Source: an uncultured Methanomassiliicoccaceae archaeon (GTDB lineage: Archaea; Thermoplasmatota; Thermoplasmata; Methanomassiliicoccales; JACIVX01). Taken from it: a stretch of DNA of 64,000 bases. The translations under genes were made by a program, and so were the position numbers. Shown here one piece after another: positions 18,446-29,344 of the stretch (position 1 is its first letter; every line of letters starts with the position of its first letter). Below the pieces are notes generated by a model, which saw only the letters and a program-made list of their open reading frames with translations, did no database searches and was not told the origin of the DNA. The stretch is taken from NCBI GenBank assembly GCA_964544915.1, contig CAZJDY010000020.1:4843-68842 (forward strand), in the 5' to 3' direction.

Positions 18446-20677
18446 TCATTCGTGCTGTTTAATCACTTCCATCTCTCTTTCGAGGATGGAGCGCTCCTGC
18501 GTTTTCAGGCTTTCTTTGTTCACCGACACCAGGAATATCGCCTGGCGCTCGGAGACCTCGTCCACAACGTTCCTTATGAATCGCACGATCCCTTCGAAGG
18601 TGGTGTTGCTGATGAGATATTGGATGTCGTCCAAGAGCACTATGCTTCTCTTGTCTGGCTGGATGAACTCCTCGATGATTAGCATTATTCTCTCAAGGGA
18701 TGGCATGACGGTGCGCTCGGTCTTCGATTCGTGATCCGTCAGCCAGAAGACTATCGCTTCCATGTCCCCCAACTTCTCCCTCAGGACCCTCGGGTGCCCT
18801 CTGGCTATCGCCAGGCCTTTGTAGCCTTCCTTGAGCTTCGAGGCGAATAACCTGTGGGATACATCGGGCTTCTCCTCTTCCACCAGGTAACTCTGCCCTT
18901 CCTGGACCTCAATGTTGACCTGCGCGTTCTTCACTTCCTTCGTCTCCCGGGTGAGTATCTCCTTGGCCAACTTGATCGTGATATCGGAGCGCATCAGCGA
19001 GGAGAACGCAACGACTCTGTTCAGACCGCCCTCCAGCTGCCTGACGTTGTCCCTGCACACCTCGGCGACGAACCTGAGGACATCCTTCGGAACGGACAGC
19101 TTGTCCTCCCTCGCCCTCCTCTCGAGTATCGCGAGCCGGGTCTGGAGGTCCGGGGGCTGGATATCGGCTATCAGGCCGGACTCGAACCTCGTCGCCAGCC
19201 TGTCTCCAAACGACGGAATCTCCTTCGGAAGCCTGTCGCAAGCCAGCACTATCTGCCCGCCTTTGTCCATAAGGTCGTTGAATATGTGGAAGATCTCCTC
19301 CTGGATCCGCTCCTTCCCGGCAAGGAACTGCAGGTCGTCGATTATCAGGAAGTCAGCCTCGCGGTAGGTTGTCCTGAACTCCTCCAACCTCTTCGAGGCC
19401 AGCGATTCGATCAGGTCCTCTTCGATCGCATCAGTGGATGAGTATGTCACCGTGAGCTGGGGGCTGTGCTCCCTCACGTAATTCCCTATCGCCTGGAGGA
19501 GGTGGGTCTTCCCGAGCCCCGACCTGCTGTAGATGAAAAGGGGATTGTAGACCTTGCCAGGGGTAATCGCCGAAGCTCTGGCCGCCGCCTCTGCGAATGA
19601 GCTGTTCGGCCCGGTCACGAAGCTCTCGAAAGTCAGACGCGGGTTCAGGGGGCGACCGTATGGAGCCTTCTCCCCGGCGCCGATGCACCTCGGGCAGTTC
19701 CCGCTCGAGTCGAGAGGTCCGCCGCAGCTTGGGCACTGCGTCCTTTTCGGGATGCCCTGCGAGCTCATCCTGTGATACTGGAGTATGAGGTCGTAGACCC
19801 CGTCTATGCGTTCATCAAGCTTCTTCCTATCCATGTCGTCCTGGATTTGCTTCTCTGCAAGGACGGCGGAATCGGACCTCTCTATCCTTTTGCGGAGCGC
19901 CTCAAGCTCCGCCTGGGTATCCGACGCCCTCTCTGGATCCCTCATCTTTCTTAGAAGGGACTCCGTCTCTCTCTCGTACCCATTCGTCCTCAGGAACCGG
20001 AGGCTCTCCTTCATCTCCTCGATCTTCTCGATGTTCGTCTCGAAGTAGGGCAGCGCCTTGGCCGCCTTCTGAGGATTGCTATCGTAAAGGTCAAGGAGGC
20101 TGTGAACGTCGTAACCGGCTTTCGACCACTTGATTATTCTCTTCGCGGCCTTCTCATCCACGTCCTTCAGCATCTCCTCATCGACCCGAATCACCGGATG
20201 GGGGATCCAGGGAGGAGGAATCAGTTCGACGCGATTCACTTCCGCGCCCTGGAAGATGCTCGCGATTTCCTGCGGTTGGATCTTAGCGTGGAGAGTGACG
20301 ATCGCGTCCTGGCAGACGGAGTCCTGCCATATGTACTCGACGGCCTTTCCTCCCTTGTAAAGTCTGTCCTTGTCCGCCCCGGAGCGCTTGAAGACGTAGG
20401 CAGAAACGACTGGATCGCCATCCATGAAAAGGATCAATCCTTCGGACCTATTCCCGCTGTCGACTAGGGCGACCTTGATGTATCCCGAGAAGGAGTACTT
20501 CCGGACCTCGTCGAGAATCCTCTTCAGCGTGCTCTCCGTTCCGTTCTGCTTCTCGACGACCTGTCCCTCTGGTACTCCCATTTCGGCTAGCACACTCATC
20601 ATCAGACAATCGCGGTGAAATCTTAAATCCTTTATGGAGCCCCCGACTTCTGGGCGGAGGTCGTCGCCCTCGGTCAT
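18446..20677 (-). CDS. Chimeric DnaA-type AAA+ ATPase with an N-terminal PATAN/DUF4388-like region, helical region, zinc ribbon, DnaA domain III and a DUF835-like C-terminus
   Basis: Residues ~345-565 read LNPRLTFESFVTGPNSSFAEAAARASAITPGKVYNPLFIYSRSGLGKTHLL...FLIIDDLQFLAGKERIQEE...IVLACDRLPKEI...RLATRFESGLIADIQPPDLQTRLAIL...NVRQLEGGLNRV. This is the bacterial DnaA domain III signature with Walker A/B, sensor and box VII-like elements. CPSCGGPLDSSGNCPRC lies upstream. The C-terminus (GLAIARGHPRVLREK...VFWLTDHE...IVLLDDIQYLI) is DUF835-like. No DnaA domain IV is present. Confidence 0.8.
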   Translation of the reverse strand: MTEGDDLRPEVGGSIKDLRFHRDCLMMSVLAEMGVPEGQVVEKQNGTESTLKRILDEVRKYSFSGYIKVALVDSGNRSEGLILFMDGDPVVSAYVFKRSGADKDRLYKGGKAVEYIWQDSVCQDAIVTLHAKIQPQEIASIFQGAEVNRVELIPPPWIPHPVIRVDEEMLKDVDEKAAKRIIKWSKAGYDVHSLLDLYDSNPQKAAKALPYFETNIEKIEEMKESLRFLRTNGYERETESLLRKMRDPERASDTQAELEALRKRIERSDSAVLAEKQIQDDMDRKKLDERIDGVYDLILQYHRMSSQGIPKRTQCPSCGGPLDSSGNCPRCIGAGEKAPYGRPLNPRLTFESFVTGPNSSFAEAAARASAITPGKVYNPLFIYSRSGLGKTHLLQAIGNYVREHSPQLTVTYSSTDAIEEDLIESLASKRLEEFRTTYREADFLIIDDLQFLAGKERIQEEIFHIFNDLMDKGGQIVLACDRLPKEIPSFGDRLATRFESGLIADIQPPDLQTRLAILERRAREDKLSVPKDVLRFVAEVCRDNVRQLEGGLNRVVAFSSLMRSDITIKLAKEILTRETKEVKNAQVNIEVQEGQSYLVEEEKPDVSHRLFASKLKEGYKGLAIARGHPRVLREKLGDMEAIVFWLTDHESKTERTVMPSLERIMLIIEEFIQPDKRSIVLLDDIQYLISNTTFEGIVRFIRNVVDEVSERQAIFLVSVNKESLKTQERSILEREMEVIKQHE

Positions 20678-20732
20678 TCAGCTCATGTTCTTCGATGCGG
20701 CCCGCATAGGGGCTGAGGGGAAGGGCATAAGA

Positions 20733-20740
20733 AAATTTAA
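20733..20740 (+). promoter_or_regulatory. TATA-box-like element upstream of tRNA-Thr
   Basis: AAATTTAA is centred about 33 nt upstream of tRNA position 1. Confidence 0.35.
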
Positions 20741-20770
20741 GTCGAGGGACGTTTTGTTGTGCTTAACCAC

Positions 20771-20861
20771 GCCACTGTAGCTCAGCGGCAATCCGCGATC
20801 GCTAAAGAGCGACGGTTTCGTAAACCGTAGGTCGGGGGTTCAAAACCCTCCAGTGGCTCCA
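20771..20861 (+). tRNA. tRNA-Thr(CGU) with a ~15-nt insertion (putative non-canonical intron) in the D-loop; CCA encoded
   Basis: Hand fold: acceptor GCCACTG/CAGTGGC (7 bp), D-stem GCTC/GAGC, anticodon stem ACGGT/ACCGT with loop TTCGTAA (anticodon CGT), T-arm GGGGG-TTCAAAA-CCCTC, discriminator T and CCA. The D-loop holds 23 nt instead of 7-11. The extra segment is about 20789-20803. Confidence 0.8.
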
Positions 20862-20896
20862 TAATCTCTCTAGGGTACGATGCGGAGAGCGGGAAC

Positions 20897-22171
20897 TCAG
20901 CAGGTCCCGTCCTTCTTGAGGTATTCCTTGAGGATTCTTATCGCACAGACGTCGCCGCACATCGAGCAACCGTCCGACTCCTTGGTGACGCCCCTCGACC
21001 TGTATCTTCTGGCCTTCTCCGGGTCGAGGGCTTCCTTGTACATGCCCTCCCAATCCAGGGCCTTCCTGGCCTGGGACATCTTCAGGTCCCTCTCCTTTCC
21101 CCTTCCCCTTGCGACATCCGCGGCGTGCGCCGCGAGCTTGCTAGCAATCAGCCCTTCTCTTACATCTTCTGCGTCTGGCAAGGAAAGATGCTCGGCTGGC
21201 GTGACGTAGCAGAGGAAGTCCGCGCCGTAGTAGGCCGCGAGGGCCCCACCGATGGCGCCCGCAATGTGATCATAACCAGGGGCGATATCGGTCACGATAG
21301 GCCCGAGGACGTAGAACGGTGCTCCGTCGCAGACCGCCTTCTCGACCCTAACGTTCGCTTCGATTTGATTCAGAGGAACGTGACCGGGACCCTCGACCAT
21401 GACCTGGACACCTTTCTCCCTCGCCCTCTTCACCAGGTTCCCTAGTATTATGAGCTCCTGCAGCTGCGGTCCGTCCGTCGCATCATGTATGCACCCGGGT
21501 CTGAGGCCGTCCCCCAGACTCAACGTGAACTCGTGCTCGCTGGCAAGCTCGAGAAGGTAGTCGAAGTCCTCGTAGAGGGGGTTCTCCCTTCCGTTGTGGA
21601 GGATCCACGCCACCAAGAACGATCCGCCCCTTGACACGACATCGGTCACCCTACTCGACCTCTTCAGGTGCTCGACGCTCTCTTTGGTGATTCCACAATG
21701 GACCGTCATGAAGTCCACGCCGTCCTTGGCATGCTGGACTATTCCTCTGAAAATGTCGTCCTCGTCCATGTCGACGACCGCACTCTCTCTAGCTGCCTTC
21801 AACCCGGTCTGGTAAATCGGGACGGTGCCTATCGGGACGCGCACCTCCTTGACTATCGCTTTCCTGACGGCATCGATGTCGCCCCCGGTGCTCAGGTCCA
21901 TCAAGGTGTCGGTACCGTACTCGACCGCAACCCTGGCCTTGGCCAGCTCGAAGTCAATGTCCGCCATGTCCCTCGACGTGCCTATGTTCACATTGACCTT
22001 CGTTGCGAGCCCCTCGCCAATCCCGCAAGGTGCGGGGGAGTGCACAGGGTTCGAAGGGATGACGACCCTCCCGTCGGCGACCCTTCGCCTGACGACCTCG
22101 GGGTCGACTCCTTCCTTCAGGGCCACCGTTTTGATCTCGTCCGTTAGACCCAGTCTTGCCCGTTTCATCAT
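20897..22171 (-). CDS. thiC: Phosphomethylpyrimidine synthase ThiC
   Basis: Radical-SAM ThiC pattern throughout, with the C-terminal cluster CSMCGDVC. The start was chosen at MMKRARLGLTDEIK. The ORF extends to 22219. Confidence 0.9.
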   Translation of the reverse strand: MMKRARLGLTDEIKTVALKEGVDPEVVRRRVADGRVVIPSNPVHSPAPCGIGEGLATKVNVNIGTSRDMADIDFELAKARVAVEYGTDTLMDLSTGGDIDAVRKAIVKEVRVPIGTVPIYQTGLKAARESAVVDMDEDDIFRGIVQHAKDGVDFMTVHCGITKESVEHLKRSSRVTDVVSRGGSFLVAWILHNGRENPLYEDFDYLLELASEHEFTLSLGDGLRPGCIHDATDGPQLQELIILGNLVKRAREKGVQVMVEGPGHVPLNQIEANVRVEKAVCDGAPFYVLGPIVTDIAPGYDHIAGAIGGALAAYYGADFLCYVTPAEHLSLPDAEDVREGLIASKLAAHAADVARGRGKERDLKMSQARKALDWEGMYKEALDPEKARRYRSRGVTKESDGCSMCGDVCAIRILKEYLKKDGTC

Positions 22172-22466
22172 CGGTATCCTTGGTCTAATCGCCTTCCCCC
22201 TATTATGGTTTATGCCCACCAGGAGACCGGCGGAACGGTCTCGTTATGGCATGATCGAACGGTTCCGAGGCTCCTCTCTTTGCCTGGTAATGAACCCCAG
22301 TTTTTCGAGCACTTAAAGGGTCGGTCTACTTTAAATATCCAGATGTCCGCGAAGTTTATTTATAGTATGATGGCATTAGGAAAACACCATCAGAAGGAAG
22401 GATGGGAGGCAGGTTCAGCTATCTAACAGATGACCCAACGAGTTGACCTATTGATTGTGAGATTGA

Positions 22467-24389
<1,923 letters not shown>

Positions 24390-24397
24390 GTGATCAG

Positions 24398-26914
24398 ATG
24401 GAAGAGGCAACACAGAAGGTCGTTCAGCGCACCATCGAAGTGGAGATGAAGAAGTCCTACATCGACTACGCCATGAGCGTCATCGTCGGCAGGGCGCTCC
24501 CGGACGTGAGGGACGGTCTGAAGCCGGTTCATCGTAGGATACTTTATTCAATGTATGACATGGGCCTCACCTCTGGCAAGGCTCACAAGAAGAGCGCCAG
24601 AGTGGTCGGAGAAGTTCTCGGAAAATATCATCCGCATGGCGACATGGCAGTTTACGATTCGCTCGTGAGGATGGGTCAAGACTTCTCGATGCGTTATCTC
24701 TTGATTGATGGTCAGGGCAACTTCGGAAGCGTGGACGGCGACTCCGCGGCAGCTATGAGATACACAGAATGTCGTCTGGCCGCGATCGCCGAGGAGATGC
24801 TCGAGGACATCGACAAGGACACCGTCAACTTCGTCGACAACTTCGATGGCAGTCTGAAGGAGCCAGAGGTTCTGCCGGCGAAACTGCCGAACCTACTAAT
24901 CAACGGCTCATCTGGTATCGCTGTCGGCATGGCCACGAACATCCCGCCTCACAACCTGCGGGAGGTCGCGGACGCGATTATTCATCTAATCGACAACCCG
25001 AACATGGAGGTCATGGAACTGATGGAGTTCATCAAGGGTCCAGACTTTCCGACGGGTGGCATCATATACGGGGTCAACGGGATCATCGAGGCCTACTCGA
25101 CCGGCAAGGGGCGCTTGAAGGTCAGGGCCAGGACCAAGATCGAAGAGCACGAGAATAAGAAGAAGATCATCGTCACCGAGATCCCCTATATGGTCAACAA
25201 GGCGAACCTGATCGAAGCGATCGCCGAGCTGGTGAAGGATAAAAGGATCGACGGCATCACGGACCTGAGAGACGAATCGGACCGCGAAGGCATGAGGGTC
25301 GTCATCGAGCTACGCAAGGAGGTCATGGAGGAGATTGTTCTCAACCAGCTCTTCTCCCACACCCAGATGGAGGTGACGTTCGGCGTCATAAACCTCGCTC
25401 TCGTGAACAACGAGCCCCGGGTACTCACTTTGAAGGAGACGCTCCAAAGCTTTGTCGACTATCGCAAGACGGTCGTTATCAGGAGGACGAATTTCGAGCT
25501 CGAGGAAGCGAGGAAGCGGGACCATATCCTTCAGGGCCTGATCAGGGCCGTCGACGAGCTCGACGAGACGATTGCATTGATACGCGCGTCAAAGAGCGGG
25601 GAGGAGGCGCGGGATGCCTTGATACAGAGATTCCAGCTGTCGGACGATCAGGCCAAGGCCATTCTGGACATGCGGCTGCAGAAGCTGACGGGCCTCGAGA
25701 TAGAGAACCTGCGCCAGGAGTTCCAGGAGATCGAGAAGAGGATCAGGGATCTGGAGGACATCCTGGCCAACGAGAAGAGGATCATGGACATAATCAAGGC
25801 CGAGGTCCTCGAGATCAAGGAGGAGCACGGCGACGAAAGGAAGACGGAGATCGTGCACGACGCGATAGACCTTGACATAGAGGATCTCATCCCGGTCGAG
25901 GACATGGTCGTGATCATCACCCACGACGGCTACATCAAGAGGCTCCCGATCAACACTTACAAGCAGCAGCGGAGGGGGGGCGTCGGCCTCATAGGAATGG
26001 AGACGAAGGAGGAGGACCACGTCGTCGATCTGTTCGTCACCTCCACTCACAACTACATCATGTTCTTCACGAACCACGGTAGGGTGTACTGGTTAAAGGC
26101 GTACATGATACCTGTTGGAGGACGACATGCCAAAGGGAAGCCGATCGTCAATATGCTTCCGGGCCTCGAAGAGGGCGAGAAGGTCCTCGACACGATCCCA
26201 GTCAAGGATTTCGACGACCAGCACTCCTTGGTGTTCGCCACGAAGAAGGGCATAATCAAGAAGACGAAGCTCTCGGCGTACGCACACGTGAGGTCTTCGG
26301 GCATCATAGCTCTCGGACTGGAGCCTGGCGATGAGCTTGTGGACACGAGGTTGACCGACGGCAAGAAGGAGGTCGTCATCGCGACAAAGGACGGACAGGC
26401 TGTACGCTTCGAAGAGAGCGAGGTGCGGTCGATGGGCAGACCGGCCAAGGGAGTCATAGGCATCAGGCTGTACCCCGGCGACGAGGTCGTCAGCATGGCC
26501 GCTGTCACATCCGATTCGAAGCTCCTCAGCATCACGGAGAATGGCTATGGGAAGATGTCCCTGGTAAGCGGCTATCGCAAGACCAAGAGGGGCGGCAGAG
26601 GGGTCATAACGATCAAGACCGGCGACAGGAACGGGAAAGTCATTGCCGCCCTTGATGTCCTCGAGGACGACGAGCTTATCGTCACGAGCACAGGCGGGAT
26701 GGTGATAAGGATTCCAGTCACGGACATTAGGGTCATGGGAAGGGCGACGATGGGTGTGACGATCATGCGCTTGCGCAACGGGGACCGGGTCACCGCGGTC
26801 GCCAGGCTGGTGGGTGAGAAGGAGGAGAGAATGGTGGATCAGGTCGAGGTCAAAGAGGATCTGGAGATACTGCCGCCGGAGATGCCGGACGACGAAAACG
26901 GCCAGGAGGAGTAA
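24398..26914 (+). CDS. gyrA: DNA gyrase subunit A
   Basis: [29 protein letters not shown], the active-site AAMRYTE, and C-terminal beta-pinwheel repeats. Confidence 0.95.
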   Translation: MEEATQKVVQRTIEVEMKKSYIDYAMSVIVGRALPDVRDGLKPVHRRILYSMYDMGLTSGKAHKKSARVVGEVLGKYHPHGDMAVYDSLVRMGQDFSMRYLLIDGQGNFGSVDGDSAAAMRYTECRLAAIAEEMLEDIDKDTVNFVDNFDGSLKEPEVLPAKLPNLLINGSSGIAVGMATNIPPHNLREVADAIIHLIDNPNMEVMELMEFIKGPDFPTGGIIYGVNGIIEAYSTGKGRLKVRARTKIEEHENKKKIIVTEIPYMVNKANLIEAIAELVKDKRIDGITDLRDESDREGMRVVIELRKEVMEEIVLNQLFSHTQMEVTFGVINLALVNNEPRVLTLKETLQSFVDYRKTVVIRRTNFELEEARKRDHILQGLIRAVDELDETIALIRASKSGEEARDALIQRFQLSDDQAKAILDMRLQKLTGLEIENLRQEFQEIEKRIRDLEDILANEKRIMDIIKAEVLEIKEEHGDERKTEIVHDAIDLDIEDLIPVEDMVVIITHDGYIKRLPINTYKQQRRGGVGLIGMETKEEDHVVDLFVTSTHNYIMFFTNHGRVYWLKAYMIPVGGRHAKGKPIVNMLPGLEEGEKVLDTIPVKDFDDQHSLVFATKKGIIKKTKLSAYAHVRSSGIIALGLEPGDELVDTRLTDGKKEVVIATKDGQAVRFEESEVRSMGRPAKGVIGIRLYPGDEVVSMAAVTSDSKLLSITENGYGKMSLVSGYRKTKRGGRGVITIKTGDRNGKVIAALDVLEDDELIVTSTGGMVIRIPVTDIRVMGRATMGVTIMRLRNGDRVTAVARLVGEKEERMVDQVEVKEDLEILPPEMPDDENGQEE

Positions 26915-27071
26915 TCCTCATGGCGGAGGGTGTCGCGGCTTTCCTATGGGCCCCAGGATGCCATCGTTTCCTCCCTCGAACTGCCCCCGATCTGGTGTGG
27001 TCAGAGCATTCGAATCGGTCATCTGGCTCATCAAATTGTCACAGTCGCGAATTTGGTAATCTTCTGGAAAG

Positions 27072-27080
27072 TTTTATTAT
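27072..27080 (+). promoter_or_regulatory. TATA-box-like element upstream of the KaiC-like gene
   Basis: TTTTATTAT lies about 44 nt upstream of the ATG at 27120. GGTGG lies between it and the start as a possible ribosome-binding site. Confidence 0.35.
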
Positions 27081-27119
27081 CGTATTAGGTAATGGAATTG
27101 CCCCGAGTGGTGGATAACG

Positions 27120-27821
27120 ATGTTCAGGAACTCGATGCAAGGGCTCGACAAGATATTCCGGACGGACATAGACGCCCCGAAGGTCATTCTTGTGACCGGC
27201 CCGCCAGGGTCGATGAAGACGAGCTTCAGCTACTCTCTTATGTCCTCGTACCTCGAAAAAGCGGGAGAGTTTGGCTTGTACGTGACGCTTGAGGAGACCG
27301 CCGAAAGCCATCTGAAGAACATGCGTAGCCTCGGCGTCAAGATCAGTCCGAACCTGGAGATATCGGATTTCACCGATCTCAGGGAGCTCGACGAGGTGAT
27401 CGAGGTCGACAATCCGACCGACTACGTGCACTTCATCGAGCAGGTGATAGGTTACTTCAGGAACAAGCACAAGGAGAAGTTCACGGTCTTCGCCCTGGAC
27501 TCGATTGGGGCCCTATACTCACTTATGGAAGACGTGAAGTGCATGCGCAAGAAGATGTTCTACTTCTTCAAGACGCTGCGCGACTTCAACCTGATGTCCT
27601 TCGTCGTCATGGAACGCCCTCAGGGCGGCTCGAACGACATGCTCGGGAACGAGGTCTTTCTCGTCGATGGTATCATAGAGTTGGGTCTGGACAGGACGAG
27701 AGGGAAGCTCGTCAGATACATACGGGTCGACAAGATGAGGGCTTGCGAGCACAGCATGGAGAAGCATACGGTGGAGGTCGGGGAGGGCGGTCTGACGATA
27801 CTGGGCCCGACTCTGGTCTAG
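27120..27821 (+). CDS. KaiC/RecA-superfamily (ArlH/FlaH-sized) ATPase-like protein with a deviant Walker A
   Basis: The 233-aa size and pattern match single-domain KaiC-like proteins (VILVTGPPGSMKTSF...YVTLEE...FALDSIGALY...VDGIIEL...R.IRV.KMR). The P-loop reads GPPGSMKT, with Met in place of the Gly before Lys. Confidence 0.75.
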   Translation: MFRNSMQGLDKIFRTDIDAPKVILVTGPPGSMKTSFSYSLMSSYLEKAGEFGLYVTLEETAESHLKNMRSLGVKISPNLEISDFTDLRELDEVIEVDNPTDYVHFIEQVIGYFRNKHKEKFTVFALDSIGALYSLMEDVKCMRKKMFYFFKTLRDFNLMSFVVMERPQGGSNDMLGNEVFLVDGIIELGLDRTRGKLVRYIRVDKMRACEHSMEKHTVEVGEGGLTILGPTLV

Positions 27822-27852
27822 AAAAATACTTAAGACATCCAATTGATATTAG

Positions 27853-29103
27853 TTGAAAACTGGCATGTGGGAAACAGGAGGAAGGTTATTGCCCGAGGAT
27901 AGTGTTCCGATTTGGCAGGTCATCGAGGAGTTTAAGGACAAGATCAAGACGCAGGAAGTCGAGCTCAAGAAGCGAAGGGACGAACTCGACGTCCGCGACG
28001 CGGAGCTGAAGGAGCGGAAGAGGCTCCTCGACGAGCACGCGCAGAAGCTCGAGTCGAAAGGGAAGGAACTCGAAAAGCGCGAGGGCGAGCTGGTCCCGCG
28101 CGAGACCGAAGTCGCAAAGGTTGAGGCCGACCTTCGGACGATGTCGGCCGAGCTGAAGGAAAGGGACGGTGAGCTGCGCGCCGGAAGGCTCGGGCTCGAA
28201 AAACGCGAGCGTGAAATCACCCAGCAGGAAGGGGAAGTCCATAGGCTCACGGAGCAGACGAGCTCCTACGAGGGCAAGATAAAGCAGATGACCGACAGGA
28301 TCTCAGCGACTGAAGAGAAGCTTCTCGGCGAGGAACGGGAGATCAGGAAGATGCTCGACGATATCTCTTCGAAGAGGGAGGAGTTGCTCGCGAAAATCAA
28401 GGTCGTCGCGGAACAGGAAGGCCTTCTGGCGGAGAGCAAGCAGGTCGTCATGGACGAGCAGAAGAGATTCGTGGAGTGGGAGAGGATACTCAACGACCGC
28501 GAGGCGACGCTGAGCGAGCGCGAGAGGATACTGGTGAGGAAGGAGACGCGGGTTCCCGAGACGGTCGAGGTCAAGGAGAACATCTGTTCCAAGTGTGGTA
28601 GTGTTATTCCAGAGGGGTCTGACATTTGTTTGGCCTGCGTGGCTTTGGAGGCCGAGGCTAAGAGAGCCGAAGAAGAAGCTGCGAATAGGGTTGCAGAAGA
28701 GGAGGCAAGGAAGGCCGCCGAGGAAGAAGCCAGGAAGGCGGTGGAGGCTACCCAGGTTCAAGCGGCCACGGAAGTGGCGTCTGTGCTAGTGCCGGAGCCA
28801 GCACCGGTCGTAGTCGAGCGACCGGCTGCAGAACCGGTCGTTGAAGCTCAGCCCGAGCAGGTAGAAGCTTCGAAAGAGGAGCCCGCCCAGGAAGTGGTGA
28901 CGATTGAGAAGAGCTGCCCCAACTGTCGTACTATCGTTGACGCGAACGCGGAGAAGTGCTATGCCTGCGGAGCGGACCTGAGGGGAGTGGCCGAGGCGAA
29001 GGAGGAGGGGGTGCCCGCGGAGGAGAAGCTCGCGGACGAATCACAGAAGGGCCCGGAAGTGAAGCGGTCGGTGTCGATAAGAAGGATCATACGAAGAAAA
29101 TAA
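27853..29103 (+). CDS. Coiled-coil protein with two zinc ribbons and an acidic Ala/Glu/Pro linker
   Basis: About 230 aa of heptad-like K/E/R/L-rich sequence is followed by CSKCGSVIPEGSDICLAC, an AEEEARKA low-complexity stretch, CPNCRTIVDANAEKCYACG and a basic tail. Alternative ATG at 27865. Confidence 0.65.
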   Translation: MKTGMWETGGRLLPEDSVPIWQVIEEFKDKIKTQEVELKKRRDELDVRDAELKERKRLLDEHAQKLESKGKELEKREGELVPRETEVAKVEADLRTMSAELKERDGELRAGRLGLEKREREITQQEGEVHRLTEQTSSYEGKIKQMTDRISATEEKLLGEEREIRKMLDDISSKREELLAKIKVVAEQEGLLAESKQVVMDEQKRFVEWERILNDREATLSERERILVRKETRVPETVEVKENICSKCGSVIPEGSDICLACVALEAEAKRAEEEAANRVAEEEARKAAEEEARKAVEATQVQAATEVASVLVPEPAPVVVERPAAEPVVEAQPEQVEASKEEPAQEVVTIEKSCPNCRTIVDANAEKCYACGADLRGVAEAKEEGVPAEEKLADESQKGPEVKRSVSIRRIIRRK

Positions 29104-29292
29104 GGGAAGATCCCCTTCTTGTTCGTGTTTCGATCTAGTTCGTCTCTTCACACCTTCCTTGGTGGCTCCTTTATTCGACCTATTCAATTGAGTTCACTAC
29201 ATATTTCGTTCTTTCCCCTCGGAAAACAGGGCTTAGAGTAGGGGGTGATGGCAGACCATATTATCAGATTACATTACGGGCAAAGATATGTA

Positions 29293-29300
29293 TTTATAAT
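29293..29300 (+). promoter_or_regulatory. TATA-box-like element upstream of the giant surface-protein gene
   Basis: TTTATAAT lies about 45 nt upstream of the ATG at 29345. GGTGG lies 5 nt before that ATG. Confidence 0.4.
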
Positions 29301-29344
29301 GTCATGCTCCTACTTTATTGCCAGTAAATGTACCAGGTGGGATA

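Noticed and set aside
20802-21053. ORF 20802-21053(-) and ORF 41596-42033(-), which overlap the tRNA genes.
   Set aside because: They run antisense through well-folded tRNAs and into the thiC 3' end or intergenic DNA. They have no motifs and poor composition.
27108-27116. DnaA-box-like 9-mer (TTATCCACC on the minus strand), considered together with the idea of a replication origin near the DnaA-like gene or the thiC-gyrB spacer.
   Set aside because: It is a single 8/9 match, which is expected by chance many times in 64 kb. The DnaA-like protein lacks the box-binding domain IV. I saw no cluster of DnaA boxes or archaeal ORB-like repeats in any intergenic region, and no orc1/cdc6 gene is present in the window.
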